Source: Spirochaetia bacterium (GTDB lineage: Bacteria; Spirochaetota; Spirochaetia; SZUA-6; Bin103). Taken from it: a DNA stretch of 64,000 nucleotides. The notes under the pieces were generated by a model. That model had not been told where the DNA came from, ran no database searches, and saw only the letters and a program-made list of their open reading frames with translations. Where the stretch lies: the NCBI GenBank assembly GCA_965243555.1, contig OZ251575.1, forward strand, positions 864,463-928,462, given 5' to 3'. A program made the position numbers and the translations under genes. Position 1 is the first letter of the stretch. The number at the start of each line of letters is the position of its first letter. Positions 1-9,975 of the stretch are shown here, piece by piece.

Positions 1-1251
1 CCCATAGATGTTATCCACGTCGCGCTCGGTTTGTTCGGCCAGCATGCGCATCGCGTTGGCGTGCTGCCGATTCCGCAGGTCGCGCTCGTCCTGGGTCAGC
101 CCCTGCGCTTCCGCCGCGCTCTCCGGCAGCGCCGCGCGCTCCGCCCGCAGGAACTCGCGCATCTCGGCGGCGTCGTCGAAGCCCAGAATGCGGGCACCCT
201 GTTCCAGCGCCGCCGCGTTGAGGTTCTGGGCCGCCCACTCGTCCTGCAGAGCGCCGGCAATCTCCACCAACTCGCCCAAGTCCTGGTAGTCGCCGAACGT
301 CGGATCGCGCTTCGCATACCAGTCCGCAAACTTCTCGTCCATCCGGCCAACGACCGCGGTGGCCTCATCGAGCGCGTCATAGGTCCGCCCGAACAACCCC
401 TCGAAGTTCGGATCGTCCTGCCAGGTCTCGCCGTCGTCATCCGAGAACTGGATGCGCCGGCGGCCGTCCGGGCCGGTCACCGTGCGATAGTCCCGGTCCG
501 CCGCTTTATTCAGGTCCTCCGCCTCACGATCCGCGTTGGCAAGGCGCCAATCCGCCTCCTTCTGGCGGTAGACAGCCCACGCCTCGTCGTCCGGCGTCAG
601 CTCCTTCGACGGCGGATTGTCATGGTGGTACTCGCTTGCCCAACTTGTCCCTCGTTTTCCACTCGCGTACAAGGTTCGTGGCGCGTTGCGGTATTTTTCG
701 TCGTATTGACCACGCGCTCTCTCGAACTCCGCGCAGGCCCCCTCCGGATCGCCGCTGCCTCGCGCCGCACTGCAGCGGTGGTAGAGCTGCTCGACGGCCT
801 TCCAGTCGGTATAGCGCTGGCTCTCGGTGGGCGGCTGCGGCCGCGGAGCGGCCTCCGGAGGCGGCTCCGCCGGCGGCTGCTCCGGCGGCGGCTGCTGCGC
901 CGGCGGCGGCTGCTGCGCCGGCGGCGGCGGTTGCTGCTGCCGTTGCGGCGGCGGCGCCGGTTGACTCTGCGGCGGCACCGGGCCGGGCGTGGGCGGCGCG
1001 CTGGTCACCGACTGGTTGCGGCCCATCCCCACGCCCGGAGCAAACGCCAGCGAGGGAGCGGCGCCGGCGCCGCCCCGCGACTGCGGCGGTACCGGCGCGC
1101 CGGCAGCGGGCTGCGGCGGCCCCGAAGGCTGCACCTTCCCGGTGTCCCCTACACGAATCTCCGCCGGCCCGCCGGCGCCGGCCGGGCGCCCGAGCGGATT
1201 GCGCTTACGCCGCTTCTTGAACCCGTCAATGGCCTGCCCCACCGTCGCCAC
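1..1251 (-). CDS. Hypothetical phage-module protein, partial (runs off window start). At least 415 aa, with a Pro/Gln-rich linker and an acidic, Trp-rich C-terminal part.
   Basis: I translated the minus strand from 1251 down to 1 by hand. The same frame continues past the TGA of the upstream gene (1255-1257) with no internal stop over 1250 nt. Third codon positions are G/C-rich. Candidate starts: GTG at 1251 (GGGGG 7 nt upstream) or ATG at 1026. It is absent from the ORF track, probably because it has no stop inside the window. Confidence 0.5.
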   Translation of the reverse strand, partial: MATVGQAIDGFKKRRKRNPLGRPAGAGGPAEIRVGDTGKVQPSGPPQPAAGAPVPPQSRGGAGAAPSLAFAPGVGMGRNQSVTSAPPTPGPVPPQSQPAPPPQRQQQPPPPAQQPPPAQQPPPEQPPAEPPPEAAPRPQPPTESQRYTDWKAVEQLYHRCSAARGSGDPEGACAEFERARGQYDEKYRNAPRTLYASGKRGTSWASEYHHDNPPSKELTPDDEAWAVYRQKEADWRLANADREAEDLNKAADRDYRTVTGPDGRRRIQFSDDDGETWQDDPNFEGLFGRTYDALDEATAVVGRMDEKFADWYAKRDPTFGDYQDLGELVEIAGALQDEWAAQNLNAAALEQGARILGFDDAAEMREFLRAERAALPESAAEAQGLTQDERDLRNRQHANAMRMLAEQTERDVDNIYG

Positions 1252-1254
1252 CGG

Positions 1255-3177
1255 TCAGCCCCCCGGGTGACGCCCGTAGTACTCAACGGTGATCGACAGC
1301 AAGGTCTGGTTCCCGGAATCGACGATCACAGAAACCAACCCCAACGTCGCCGGCACCGACCGGCGCACGATCCCCCTACGCTGCGCCACCTCCTCGGCCC
1401 CGACCACCACCGTCCGGAGCACCACCCCGCCGGCGCGCACGTAGGAGAGCGTCAGGCCCTCAGGCGGCGTCCCCACGGTCACCGTGACCGTCACCCGCGA
1501 TACCCGCTGCCCCGACGGATCACCGCTGCGCGTCGGCAGCCGCACGTACCGGCGCGCCGGCACCATCCCCTCCAGCCGGTAGAGCCGCGACCCCACCACC
1601 ACCACCGGCCGCCGGTCCACGGTCGTCCAGCTCATGGCGACCACTCCCGGCGCGATAAATGGGAACACGCTCACTTTCCAGCCGCCGCCCACGTCCGAGC
1701 GCAAGGACTCCGGGGCGACGACGAACGCCAGACCGTCACCCTCCTCCAGCGCCGCCGGCAGTGCGTCACCCGTAACCTTCACCGCGCCACCATGCGCCAG
1801 CACCAGCAGCAGCTCTTCCTCAATCAGGTGCGTCGCCAGCGTCCCCGATCCGCGCGCCGCATCCACCCAGCGCGCGCAGTGCCGAGTCACCTGCCGCACG
1901 TCGGCGCCGCGCAACATCGAGAGCCGCCCGACCCGGTCGCTGAACACCAGCCACTCGATATCGCTCTCCACGCTCTCCGGCGCGGCAGTGCCGACGGAAT
2001 CGGCGAGCTTCGTGACCCCCCAATTCTCGTCCGAGTTCCCGGTGATAGCGTGAATCGCGTGATCCATCAGCACGGCAAGGAAGCCGGTGTGACTCTTCAG
2101 CGCCACCACACGGTCCCCCCCGTAGGAGAAGTACTCCTGCCGCAGCTCCCACCCGCTGAGGCGGTTATAGGGACCGAATTGCAGACTATCGCCGAACGCC
2201 AGACACACTCGATTGCGGTGCAGCTCCACCAAGTGCGGCGTCTGCCCATACAGCACCAGCCGCAGGTACTGCCGGTGCTCGACCGCCACCGCCTGCAGCT
2301 CCTTCCCCTCATACGCGCCCGCCAGCCGAATAACCGCGCGAATCTGCCCCCTGCCGACAACCGCATCCGCCACGCCGCCGAACCCTTCGGAAGAAGTGCG
2401 CGCCATCGCAGGATCCCAGTCCGCCTCGAACACCAGCTCGGCGCCGGACACCGACCCCACCGCCACCACGTCAGCGTCATCGAACGGCGTCGCGCCGGTC
2501 CTGGCGTCCTCATCGAGGAACCACAGCTTGCCGGCGACGCCGGCCACGTCGTCGAACGTGAGCCGCACTGCCTGGAAGGTCACCGTACTGGCCACCGTCA
2601 CGAACCGCTGCCCGGCTGCCAGCGTCACCTGATCCCCGCTGCCCAGGTCCTCCACATCCGGAGAGACCAAGTCCTTGCGGAAGAGGTTGGCAAGCGCGGT
2701 CACCCCCACCTGATAGTCTACCCCCGGCCGACGCAGCCGCACGTCCAGACTCTCCAAGGTCACGGCGCTGTTATCGTCCAGCACCACCACCGGCCACAGC
2801 CCGGGCGCCGCGCACACCACCACCGTCCCGCTCGGCGTCCACACCCCGCTCACCCGCGCGGCCGCAGCGCCGCCCCACCCCGGAAGCGCGCGCGCAGCGC
2901 TGAGCGCCGACCCGTCCGCCGCCAGGATCGCGTACTCGTAGCCGGCGCCGGCGCCGTGCAGCACGACCACCGAGGTACGATCCGGACGCGGGACCCCGGC
3001 CAACACCCGCTTGCCGCTCGGCACAGCCGCATCGAGCAGTACCCACCCCAGCGCCGGCTCCAGCACCCCGCCGCGGGCGTACACGTTCAACGAGTCTTCC
3101 ATCTCCACCGGCTCCAGCGCCGTTGCGACGCGGCCGTTCACGCCCCCGCTAAAGTCCTGCCGGTAGGAGTACGCCAC
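1255..3177 (-). CDS. Hypothetical phage structural, tail-associated protein (~640 aa).
   Basis: Long minus-strand ORF (track 1255..3246). Its GTG at 3177 overlaps the TAG of the upstream gene (TAGTG), which suggests translational coupling. It lies within the tail-gene block. Confidence 0.5.
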   Translation of the reverse strand: MAYSYRQDFSGGVNGRVATALEPVEMEDSLNVYARGGVLEPALGWVLLDAAVPSGKRVLAGVPRPDRTSVVVLHGAGAGYEYAILAADGSALSAARALPGWGGAAAARVSGVWTPSGTVVVCAAPGLWPVVVLDDNSAVTLESLDVRLRRPGVDYQVGVTALANLFRKDLVSPDVEDLGSGDQVTLAAGQRFVTVASTVTFQAVRLTFDDVAGVAGKLWFLDEDARTGATPFDDADVVAVGSVSGAELVFEADWDPAMARTSSEGFGGVADAVVGRGQIRAVIRLAGAYEGKELQAVAVEHRQYLRLVLYGQTPHLVELHRNRVCLAFGDSLQFGPYNRLSGWELRQEYFSYGGDRVVALKSHTGFLAVLMDHAIHAITGNSDENWGVTKLADSVGTAAPESVESDIEWLVFSDRVGRLSMLRGADVRQVTRHCARWVDAARGSGTLATHLIEEELLLVLAHGGAVKVTGDALPAALEEGDGLAFVVAPESLRSDVGGGWKVSVFPFIAPGVVAMSWTTVDRRPVVVVGSRLYRLEGMVPARRYVRLPTRSGDPSGQRVSRVTVTVTVGTPPEGLTLSYVRAGGVVLRTVVVGAEEVAQRRGIVRRSVPATLGLVSVIVDSGNQTLLSITVEYYGRHPGG

Positions 3178-3926
3178 TAGGCCGCTCCGCCCTGGGGCCA
3201 GGCGAACGTGAAGGTGCGCGCTGCCCGCCGGTTGGTGCTGTTCCACCGCCGCAACGTGTAGGTCACCCGCTGCACCTCGCTGTCGAGCGCGTGGGACAAC
3301 CGCAAGCTGCCGATACGGGTAGCCCGGTTCGTATGGTCATTGTGCGACCGCGAGCTGTCGAAGCTGCTGCTGCCGGCGCCGCTCAGCGACGTGTACCCCC
3401 ACGGCTCCGCAGTCGATTTCCACTCCAAGGTAATCGTCCCGATCACCCCGACCCCCGGAACCGCCTCCTCACTGAAAAGGTCGTGGCCCTCGGCGTCCCG
3501 CCGAGCCCGAAAGTACTCGATGGCCGGGTACGCCCGCACCTCGAACAGGGCGGAGGCAGTCGAGATCTGGTTCTGGTCGTCGGTCACCGTGATCCGGTAC
3601 GTCGCCGACTGGTCCGGCCTGGTAAAGTCGTCTGTTCCCGACTCCCCGCTCACGGCGTGCGTGGTGGTCGTGCCGTCCGCGAGCGTCTGCGTGATGCCTA
3701 TGCTGGCGGCGGTCCCCGTGGGGATGTCCACGTCCCACTGAACCTGCACGTGGGGCGTGGTGCTGAACGCGCTGCGCAGAAGGGTGTTCGGGGTCACGCC
3801 GAACGACCTGATCGCCGGGCCGGCGCCGGCATGGTCCCACACTACGTCCGGGCCGCGGTACCGCTTCGGTACGACGTCGGCTCCTCGGTACCTGATCAGG
3901 GTGTCCGCGCCGCGACGTCTCGCCAT
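3177..3926 (-). CDS. Hypothetical phage protein (249 aa).
   Basis: ORF with its ATG 5 nt after the stop of the large tail protein. Ser/Thr-rich, consistent with a structural protein. Confidence 0.5.
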   Translation of the reverse strand: MARRRGADTLIRYRGADVVPKRYRGPDVVWDHAGAGPAIRSFGVTPNTLLRSAFSTTPHVQVQWDVDIPTGTAASIGITQTLADGTTTTHAVSGESGTDDFTRPDQSATYRITVTDDQNQISTASALFEVRAYPAIEYFRARRDAEGHDLFSEEAVPGVGVIGTITLEWKSTAEPWGYTSLSGAGSSSFDSSRSHNDHTNRATRIGSLRLSHALDSEVQRVTYTLRRWNSTNRRAARTFTFAWPQGGAA

Positions 3927-3930
3927 CGGC

Positions 3931-6900
3931 CTACCCGATCACGTCGTAGTAGGTGTCGGCATCGATCGTGCCAGCGGCCGCGGCCGCATCATACTGCGCT
4001 TGGGTCATACGGATGGCCTGCCGGCTTGCGGGGATCGTGTCGGTATTGCCCTCCTGCGCCCATGAGGTAGCGGGGTCGTCGAGCGTCCACTTCTCGGTAT
4101 CAGCGATCACCGGCACCTTGCCGGCGGCGACCACGGTACCGGCCGCATACCGCAGCCGCTCCGGCACCACCAGCGTGGTGAACGTCCACTTAGCCCCATC
4201 CCAGGTGTAGTCGCCCGGCTCGTACGTCACTGCCCCGATGGTCTGCGCCGCCAGCAAGTTCCCGCGCTCGCCGGTGATCGGCGAGCCCGGGAAGTGTGTC
4301 CAGTCGGGGATACCCTGCATCGCCTTGCGCGCCAAGTCGCGATCGTAGGTCCGCACCCGCTCGGTAGCGTTCACGCCGTTGATCCACCCACCATCTCCGT
4401 ACTGTATGTCGATGCTGTTGGTAAGGTTGCTATCAGATACCCGCTGCGCCCCTACCTGCGCGGTCGTCCAAATAACCGACACGCCAGGTTCTTGTACCGG
4501 AGCTACCTGGAGATCGTCAGATTGATTGCCGTTCACCCAAATCGCGATGGGAAGCCCGTCGCCACTCGTCTGCGGAAGCCGAATGACGTACCGATTCTCT
4601 GATGGCGAACCCGCACGGGTATCGAACTCCAGGCTCGTGATGCCGGGAAGTGGCGCGTTGCTGCGGTAGAGCCCCGGCGTGCCCGGTACCTGCGCGAAGA
4701 CCACGGCGGTGCCCGTCGGCGTCCCTGCCACCTTCTCGCGCACCACCATGCGGAAGTCCACGTCTGCGCTGCCCTCCGCCTCGTTGAAGCCCAAGTCCGG
4801 CTGCGGCGGCGTCCACTGCCGCGGCGTCGTGGTCCCGTCCGCAGCCTTGTCCTGCCATGACAACACGTTTCCGCCGGTATTGATGCTGCCAACGTGCCGC
4901 TCGCGCACGAAGTTCCGAGCGCCCTGCTGCGTCATGACCACCTGCTCGTAGTCTTCCGAGAAACCGAGCCGGTCCGCAACGACCGCGATCGCATCCACGG
5001 AACGAAGATACGCCACGTACAACACGCCATCCGCCTCGGACAGACCGCGCATAGACGAGTTGACCCTCAGCAGGCCCTGCGGCGGCGCCTTTGATGAGTC
5101 ATACACACCAGCGAGACTAAACGGGAAGATCTGCGGCTTGCCTTGTTGGTAGTCGCGGTCGGCCAGATAAAGGTAGCCGTCCCTGTAGTACATGCCGCCC
5201 GCATCCTTGGACTTGGACGCCGCCGCATCGATTACCGCGCGGGACAACGCAGTAAAGCTCAAGTCCCTGTTACCGTCCGCGCCCCACTTCTGCACGCCGT
5301 ACGCAGTGCCCCAAATATAGAAATCCGTCCCATCAGTCGCAAGCGCCTCCGACCCGCCGGTAGCCTGGAACCCCATCGACGGTACCGCCGCCCCGTTGAT
5401 AAAAGCCCCAACCTTTCCGGTACTACCGTTGATCAGGTAAAGGTGGTCTCCCTTCCACGTCAAGCCGCCTGCGTAGTTCGCCCCGATCTCCGCCTCTACT
5501 ACACCCCGAGTAAGAGTGGGGTACTGGTCAGTGTCAGGATCTCCATTCACGAATACACGGACGTCCCTCGTATCTATATCGATAACGGCAACGGTACGAC
5601 CGTCCTTCGCCGCACAACCGGCGAGCTCCGGGACGCGCCCGAAAGCAGCCGTCAGTGCTGTCTCAGATAAGCTATAAGCAGGCGCCGAACGCCACGGGAA
5701 ACTGCCGATCACGAAATTAACGCGTAGCACCACCACGTTTGCCGACGCCAGGAGTCCCTCCTGCTGCGCCGTCAGCCGGCTCGCACTCTTGAACGCCAGG
5801 CCATTCGTGATCACCCTATCGCGTTCCACGGCGATCCTCAGCACAGGAGCAGTCTCCGCGCTAGCTTCGCTGCTCCCTATCCGAATTAGCATGTGGGTAA
5901 TCGTTCCGTGGAAGAGGTTGGCGAGCGTATCCGACACGTCCCCGGGGTTAACCGTGATCTCAAACAGCCCGCGGTCCGCCTGCCCAGCCTCCACGACGCG
6001 CACATACTCGATCCCGCCTTCCTTTCCGTCCGGCAGATCGAACGTCCCGCTGTAGTTGGGCGGGACGTCCCCGGCGTTATAGGACATGCGCACGTAGACC
6101 GGCTGCCCCCGCTCCACCAGGAGGAAGCGCGGCTCGGAGCGCGCGTCAGCAAGGGGTTGCGTATACCGGTGTTCGTTGGACAGGTCGCCGCCCGCCGCCG
6201 CTTCCGGATTGGCCAGACCAATCGCGTACCGGCCTGCGTCGTCCGGCGCGCCAAGCCGAATCCCGGTCCCGGGGGTCGCTACACCACCCGCCCCGATAGC
6301 AGTACGGAACGCCACCTTCTTCGTATCCGTGCCAGCGTCCAGCTTCGCAGGTGTCACCGCGAGCGGCTCCCACGCCTGCCCGTCCGCGGTCTTCGTGAGC
6401 AGCTTCCCGGCATCGTCCGATACGCCCTCAGGAACGAGGCGCGCCGCCGGCGCCAGCGCTTCCACGCGCGCATCGATCTGCTCCTGATCCAGCCCGGCGC
6501 CCGCGAAGGTGAGCGTCACCGTGCTGCCGACCTGCCTCGCGGTGACCCCGTGCCCCTCGAAGTTCAGCTCGGCCACCGTGTTGAGATCCCCGCCTCCCAG
6601 GAGCGTGCCCCCGTCGCGTACGGTGAGACCGGGTAGCGTCAGGTGATAGATGGTGCCGCTGGTGGATGCCAGCGACACCTGCCGGCCGTCGAGCGCAATG
6701 CCGTCGACCTGCACCGCCTTGTCGAGCACCGCGCGGTCCTGCGGCAGCAAGTCAGTGCCGTGACCCACAATCACGTCGAAGGTGATGGTGCGGGCTTGGT
6801 CATCCTCCTCCACGTGGAGGTTCCCCGTGAAGTGCAGTATCTGCTTCAACGCTTGGTAGATGTCCGCCGGCGTCACACCGTTGCTCGGCATCCTTCCTCC

Positions 6901-7593
6901 TCCTCCCGCCACGAGCACCACCCTGCCAAGCTCATACCCACCTCCCACCCCGTATCCCCCCGGCACGGATAACGCCATGCCGGCGGGCTCCTTCGTCGCC
7001 CGCTCCTGGGCATAGCGCGCCACCAAATCTCGATAATCCCGCTGGCGGCGTTCCACCACCGCCTCGTCCCGCTGCATGCGCGCGGCATAGCTCGCCGCGT
7101 AGTACGCCAAGGCCTCGTGATACGCCCCAGACAGCACCGGCTCATCCGTCTCATCCGGCCCAAAGCTGACCGCGTTCTGCGACACCACCAGGTCGACCCT
7201 CCTCCCACCGGGGATCGGAGCATCAAGCCACAGCCGCGGAGGCGTCGCCTGCTCCACCGCGTAGTACGCCGGCGTCCCACCCACTCCACCAAAATCCGGG
7301 TCGCGCAGCACGTCCAGACCAAACCCATTCGTCGTGTCGCCCTCGGCCAGCGGCCGCTGGCGCGCGTCCACGTAGTAGGCCGCCACGATACGGTTCGTGG
7401 CCGCTGGCAGAGCATACGCGCGACCGTCGTCAGAGGCGCCGTGCAGCGTGAGGTCCGTATGTAGCCCGCCCACGTCGCGCGCGAACGCCACGCACGCCTG
7501 CCCCAAGAAAAGGTCCATCATGGCCGTCGTCACGCTGCCGTCGTCCACCTGGGCGAAGGCGTACGCGAACTGCCGCAGCTCACCTCGTGTCAC
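3931..7593 (-). CDS. Large phage tail-fibre or host-specificity-like protein (~1221 aa) with beta-propeller-type repeats.
   Basis: 1281-aa ORF. The probable start is the GTG at 7593, which overlaps the TGA of the upstream gene (GTGA). An internal Met at 7521 is an alternative. It contains repeats of the form YLYL..D / VLYVAYLRSVDAIAVV, as in NHL/YVTN propellers. It shares the motif LSW.K.AADGT.TP..WTP with paralog B1. Confidence 0.55.
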   Translation of the reverse strand: MTRGELRQFAYAFAQVDDGSVTTAMMDLFLGQACVAFARDVGGLHTDLTLHGASDDGRAYALPAATNRIVAAYYVDARQRPLAEGDTTNGFGLDVLRDPDFGGVGGTPAYYAVEQATPPRLWLDAPIPGGRRVDLVVSQNAVSFGPDETDEPVLSGAYHEALAYYAASYAARMQRDEAVVERRQRDYRDLVARYAQERATKEPAGMALSVPGGYGVGGGYELGRVVLVAGGGGRMPSNGVTPADIYQALKQILHFTGNLHVEEDDQARTITFDVIVGHGTDLLPQDRAVLDKAVQVDGIALDGRQVSLASTSGTIYHLTLPGLTVRDGGTLLGGGDLNTVAELNFEGHGVTARQVGSTVTLTFAGAGLDQEQIDARVEALAPAARLVPEGVSDDAGKLLTKTADGQAWEPLAVTPAKLDAGTDTKKVAFRTAIGAGGVATPGTGIRLGAPDDAGRYAIGLANPEAAAGGDLSNEHRYTQPLADARSEPRFLLVERGQPVYVRMSYNAGDVPPNYSGTFDLPDGKEGGIEYVRVVEAGQADRGLFEITVNPGDVSDTLANLFHGTITHMLIRIGSSEASAETAPVLRIAVERDRVITNGLAFKSASRLTAQQEGLLASANVVVLRVNFVIGSFPWRSAPAYSLSETALTAAFGRVPELAGCAAKDGRTVAVIDIDTRDVRVFVNGDPDTDQYPTLTRGVVEAEIGANYAGGLTWKGDHLYLINGSTGKVGAFINGAAVPSMGFQATGGSEALATDGTDFYIWGTAYGVQKWGADGNRDLSFTALSRAVIDAAASKSKDAGGMYYRDGYLYLADRDYQQGKPQIFPFSLAGVYDSSKAPPQGLLRVNSSMRGLSEADGVLYVAYLRSVDAIAVVADRLGFSEDYEQVVMTQQGARNFVRERHVGSINTGGNVLSWQDKAADGTTTPRQWTPPQPDLGFNEAEGSADVDFRMVVREKVAGTPTGTAVVFAQVPGTPGLYRSNAPLPGITSLEFDTRAGSPSENRYVIRLPQTSGDGLPIAIWVNGNQSDDLQVAPVQEPGVSVIWTTAQVGAQRVSDSNLTNSIDIQYGDGGWINGVNATERVRTYDRDLARKAMQGIPDWTHFPGSPITGERGNLLAAQTIGAVTYEPGDYTWDGAKWTFTTLVVPERLRYAAGTVVAAGKVPVIADTEKWTLDDPATSWAQEGNTDTIPASRQAIRMTQAQYDAAAAAGTIDADTYYDVIG

Positions 7594-8540
7594 CCGTAGA
7601 AGACCCGCCCCAGCAGCGCCGCCCGCCGCGTCCTCAGATTCCCGGAGGCCTCCGGGATCGCCACGGCCCGCAGATGCGCCGTGGTCGTCACCGGCCCCAA
7701 TGCGCCGCCAGCAATGTGCCCGATGGCGCCGCCCGAGGGCACGTTCACCGCCGCACCCAGATCCACGTCCACCCACCCCGCGACCTGCACGCTACCGACC
7801 GCGTTGGCGGCAGCGGTCACCGAATAGGTCGGCACGCCATAGACGATCACGCCGCCAGCCACCGCGTCCGCGAGAGCAGGCGCGCCCCCACCGCCGTAAA
7901 CCGCCCTCCAGGTCCCGGTGCGGCCCCGCCGCAACTGGGTAAGCCGACCCCTGGTTAGCCCCAGCGCCGCGTCGACGTCGAGAAACATCCCCCCATAGGA
8001 ATCAGTCAGCAGCGACTGCGACGGCAGCCCGTCAAAATCGCGTATGCGGCCCAGGGAGCGGTACAAGGTCAGCCGCAGATAGTCACCACCGAAAAGGTAC
8101 AGATCCCGGGCGTTTTGCGCCCCGACTTTGGTGTCCGTGATCTCCGCCACGGCCAAGTCAGCGGACGGAAGCCCCGCCGCAAGCGCAGCCGTCAACGCTG
8201 CCCGCGTCCCGCCCCGCACCAGAGCCGAGTCGGTATTCGTGCGAGTCACGGCCGCCGGCAGCGTAACCCCGGAAACGGCGCCATGGATCGCACACGGCAC
8301 CACGTCGTTCTGCTTCCCAGACCCGATGGTCACGCCGAACACACCAAAGCGAGCGCCCGCGCCAAACGTCGCGCTCGCAGCCCACTGCACCTCCCCGCCG
8401 ATCACCTTGTAGGTCAGCTCCACGGCCCGCAACACCGCCGTAGTGCCCGCGTCTTGCAGATGCGCGTGGAGAAAGCACAGGCCGTCCGGCCCCACGAGAG
8501 GCGTCAGCGGCTCCGCACCGCTCGACAGTCCCAGAAACAC
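7590..8540 (-). CDS. Hypothetical phage virion protein (316 aa).
   Basis: Minus-strand ORF lying between the capsid-proximal genes and the tail fibre gene. Gly/Ala/Thr-rich. Confidence 0.5.
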   Translation of the reverse strand: MFLGLSSGAEPLTPLVGPDGLCFLHAHLQDAGTTAVLRAVELTYKVIGGEVQWAASATFGAGARFGVFGVTIGSGKQNDVVPCAIHGAVSGVTLPAAVTRTNTDSALVRGGTRAALTAALAAGLPSADLAVAEITDTKVGAQNARDLYLFGGDYLRLTLYRSLGRIRDFDGLPSQSLLTDSYGGMFLDVDAALGLTRGRLTQLRRGRTGTWRAVYGGGGAPALADAVAGGVIVYGVPTYSVTAAANAVGSVQVAGWVDVDLGAAVNVPSGGAIGHIAGGALGPVTTTAHLRAVAIPEASGNLRTRRAALLGRVFYG

Positions 8541-8551
8541 CCCAGCCCCTC

Positions 8552-9007
8552 CTAGCCGTGCATCGCCGCGCCGCTGAGGAACACGGCATGGGTCTTGCTG
8601 GCCGCGCCAGCACCGGTAACCAAACCCCAGATAAGGCCGTCCGGCGTGGCGGCCGCCGCCGGCTCCACACCGCCAGCCTTCGCCTTGATCACCTTGTTCG
8701 CGGTGGTGTCCATCGAGGCAAGAAAGGTAGCAGCCACCGCGCCGTACAACACCACCCTCACGGCATCCCCCTTCTTACCAGCACCCATCGAAACCGCAGG
8801 AAACTGTCCCTTCGGCGCGGCCGTAATCACGTCGTCCAATTGGAACAGAGGACCGCCGTTCGCATAGCGCACCACGCCGGCGCTGCCGGCCGCGACCGTC
8901 GTACTCGCCGGAAGATCGCCGATCTTGGCGTCGACAAACATGCGCCCGTCCGAATCTTCCTGCCAACCAAATGCCAACGACCCATTCTGGGCAATAATCC
9001 CCGGCAT
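8552..9007 (-). CDS. Hypothetical phage head or head-tail protein (151 aa).
   Basis: The track ORF 8552..9139 is trimmed here to the ATG at 9007, which overlaps the TAA of the capsid gene (TAATG). Gly/Ala-rich. Confidence 0.45.
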   Translation of the reverse strand: MPGIIAQNGSLAFGWQEDSDGRMFVDAKIGDLPASTTVAAGSAGVVRYANGGPLFQLDDVITAAPKGQFPAVSMGAGKKGDAVRVVLYGAVAATFLASMDTTANKVIKAKAGGVEPAAAATPDGLIWGLVTGAGAASKTHAVFLSGAAMHG

Positions 9008-9963
9008 TATTTGAAGGAGTAGGAGTCCACGCCAGATATGTGAAACATCGTGCGCCTCCGGGTTGCGGTCAGCTGACCGGTCCACTCCACCACGCGGACC
9101 AGAGCGCCCGGGAACCCGGCCAGCGTCGCGTCGATCCACTGGCCGGTAGAGATCCCCTCCGCCGACTCATAGCAATCGATCGCGTCCAGGTCCAGCCCCC
9201 ACAGGTTCCCCTCCAGCCCAGCCTCATCGATGAACTGGTCAGCCACAAAATCGACACCCATGAACCGGAACGACGTTAGACCAAGCTCGACAGTTTCCTT
9301 CGACTGCGGGATCTGAAAACGGCCACCTTTATCCACCCAGGTCGCCTCAACCTGGCTATGGTCCACGCTGCTCAGGAAAATATGCGTCGGCTTCTTGTTG
9401 TTGAACTTCGCCCTGTTTATGCAGAAACTCAGCCCGTCGGACGCACCGCTATACATCTTCAGGTGGGCGGTGTTGTATTCCTTCGCCCGGAACTTTTCTT
9501 CGTCTATGCCGCCGAACGCCGACGCGCTCACGATTTCCGAAAGAGAGTGCACCGGACGCCCCTGCAGATCACGCACGTAGATATCACGCCCGATTTTGGT
9601 AGCCTGATCGTCGCGCTGCTCCTCCACCTTACGTGAGACCAGCCTAATCACCGCCTGCTGACCGACATTTTCCACCTTCTCGTCTTTATCGATCATATGC
9701 GGCGTGTCATAATAGGCCCACTCCGTCTTCACGGAGGTCATCGTCCTCCGCCCGCCGAGCACGACCTCCGACCGTGGGTCGCGCGAGCGCGTCGTGCCGA
9801 GCTCCGTGATGTTGATTGGAAACTGCGCAGACGTCCCGCCCGGCTGCATCCGTTTGCGGCGCTGCAGGAGCGCCAACAGCGCGCACTGCCGATATACATT
9901 CTCGGTAAAGCGGCCGTAATATGGCTTGCTCACCGCGTTCGCTTGCTCGATAGTTATTGCCAT
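9007..9963 (-). CDS. Putative major capsid protein (318 aa).
   Basis: It sits immediately downstream of the scaffold-like gene in portal-scaffold-capsid order. Its size and composition fit an HK97-fold coat protein. I found no motif-level confirmation. Confidence 0.5.
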   Translation of the reverse strand: MAITIEQANAVSKPYYGRFTENVYRQCALLALLQRRKRMQPGGTSAQFPINITELGTTRSRDPRSEVVLGGRRTMTSVKTEWAYYDTPHMIDKDEKVENVGQQAVIRLVSRKVEEQRDDQATKIGRDIYVRDLQGRPVHSLSEIVSASAFGGIDEEKFRAKEYNTAHLKMYSGASDGLSFCINRAKFNNKKPTHIFLSSVDHSQVEATWVDKGGRFQIPQSKETVELGLTSFRFMGVDFVADQFIDEAGLEGNLWGLDLDAIDCYESAEGISTGQWIDATLAGFPGALVRVVEWTGQLTATRRRTMFHISGVDSYSFK

Positions 9964-9975
9964 TCAGATTCCTCC

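Noticed and set aside
31-3180. 1049-aa plus-strand ORF, with the overlapping 636..1220 and 989..1270 plus-strand ORFs.
   Set aside because: Arg/Pro/His-rich and low-complexity. It lies exactly antisense to two well-formed minus-strand genes: my hand-translated gene at 1..1251, and 1255..3177. It is a typical high-GC shadow ORF.
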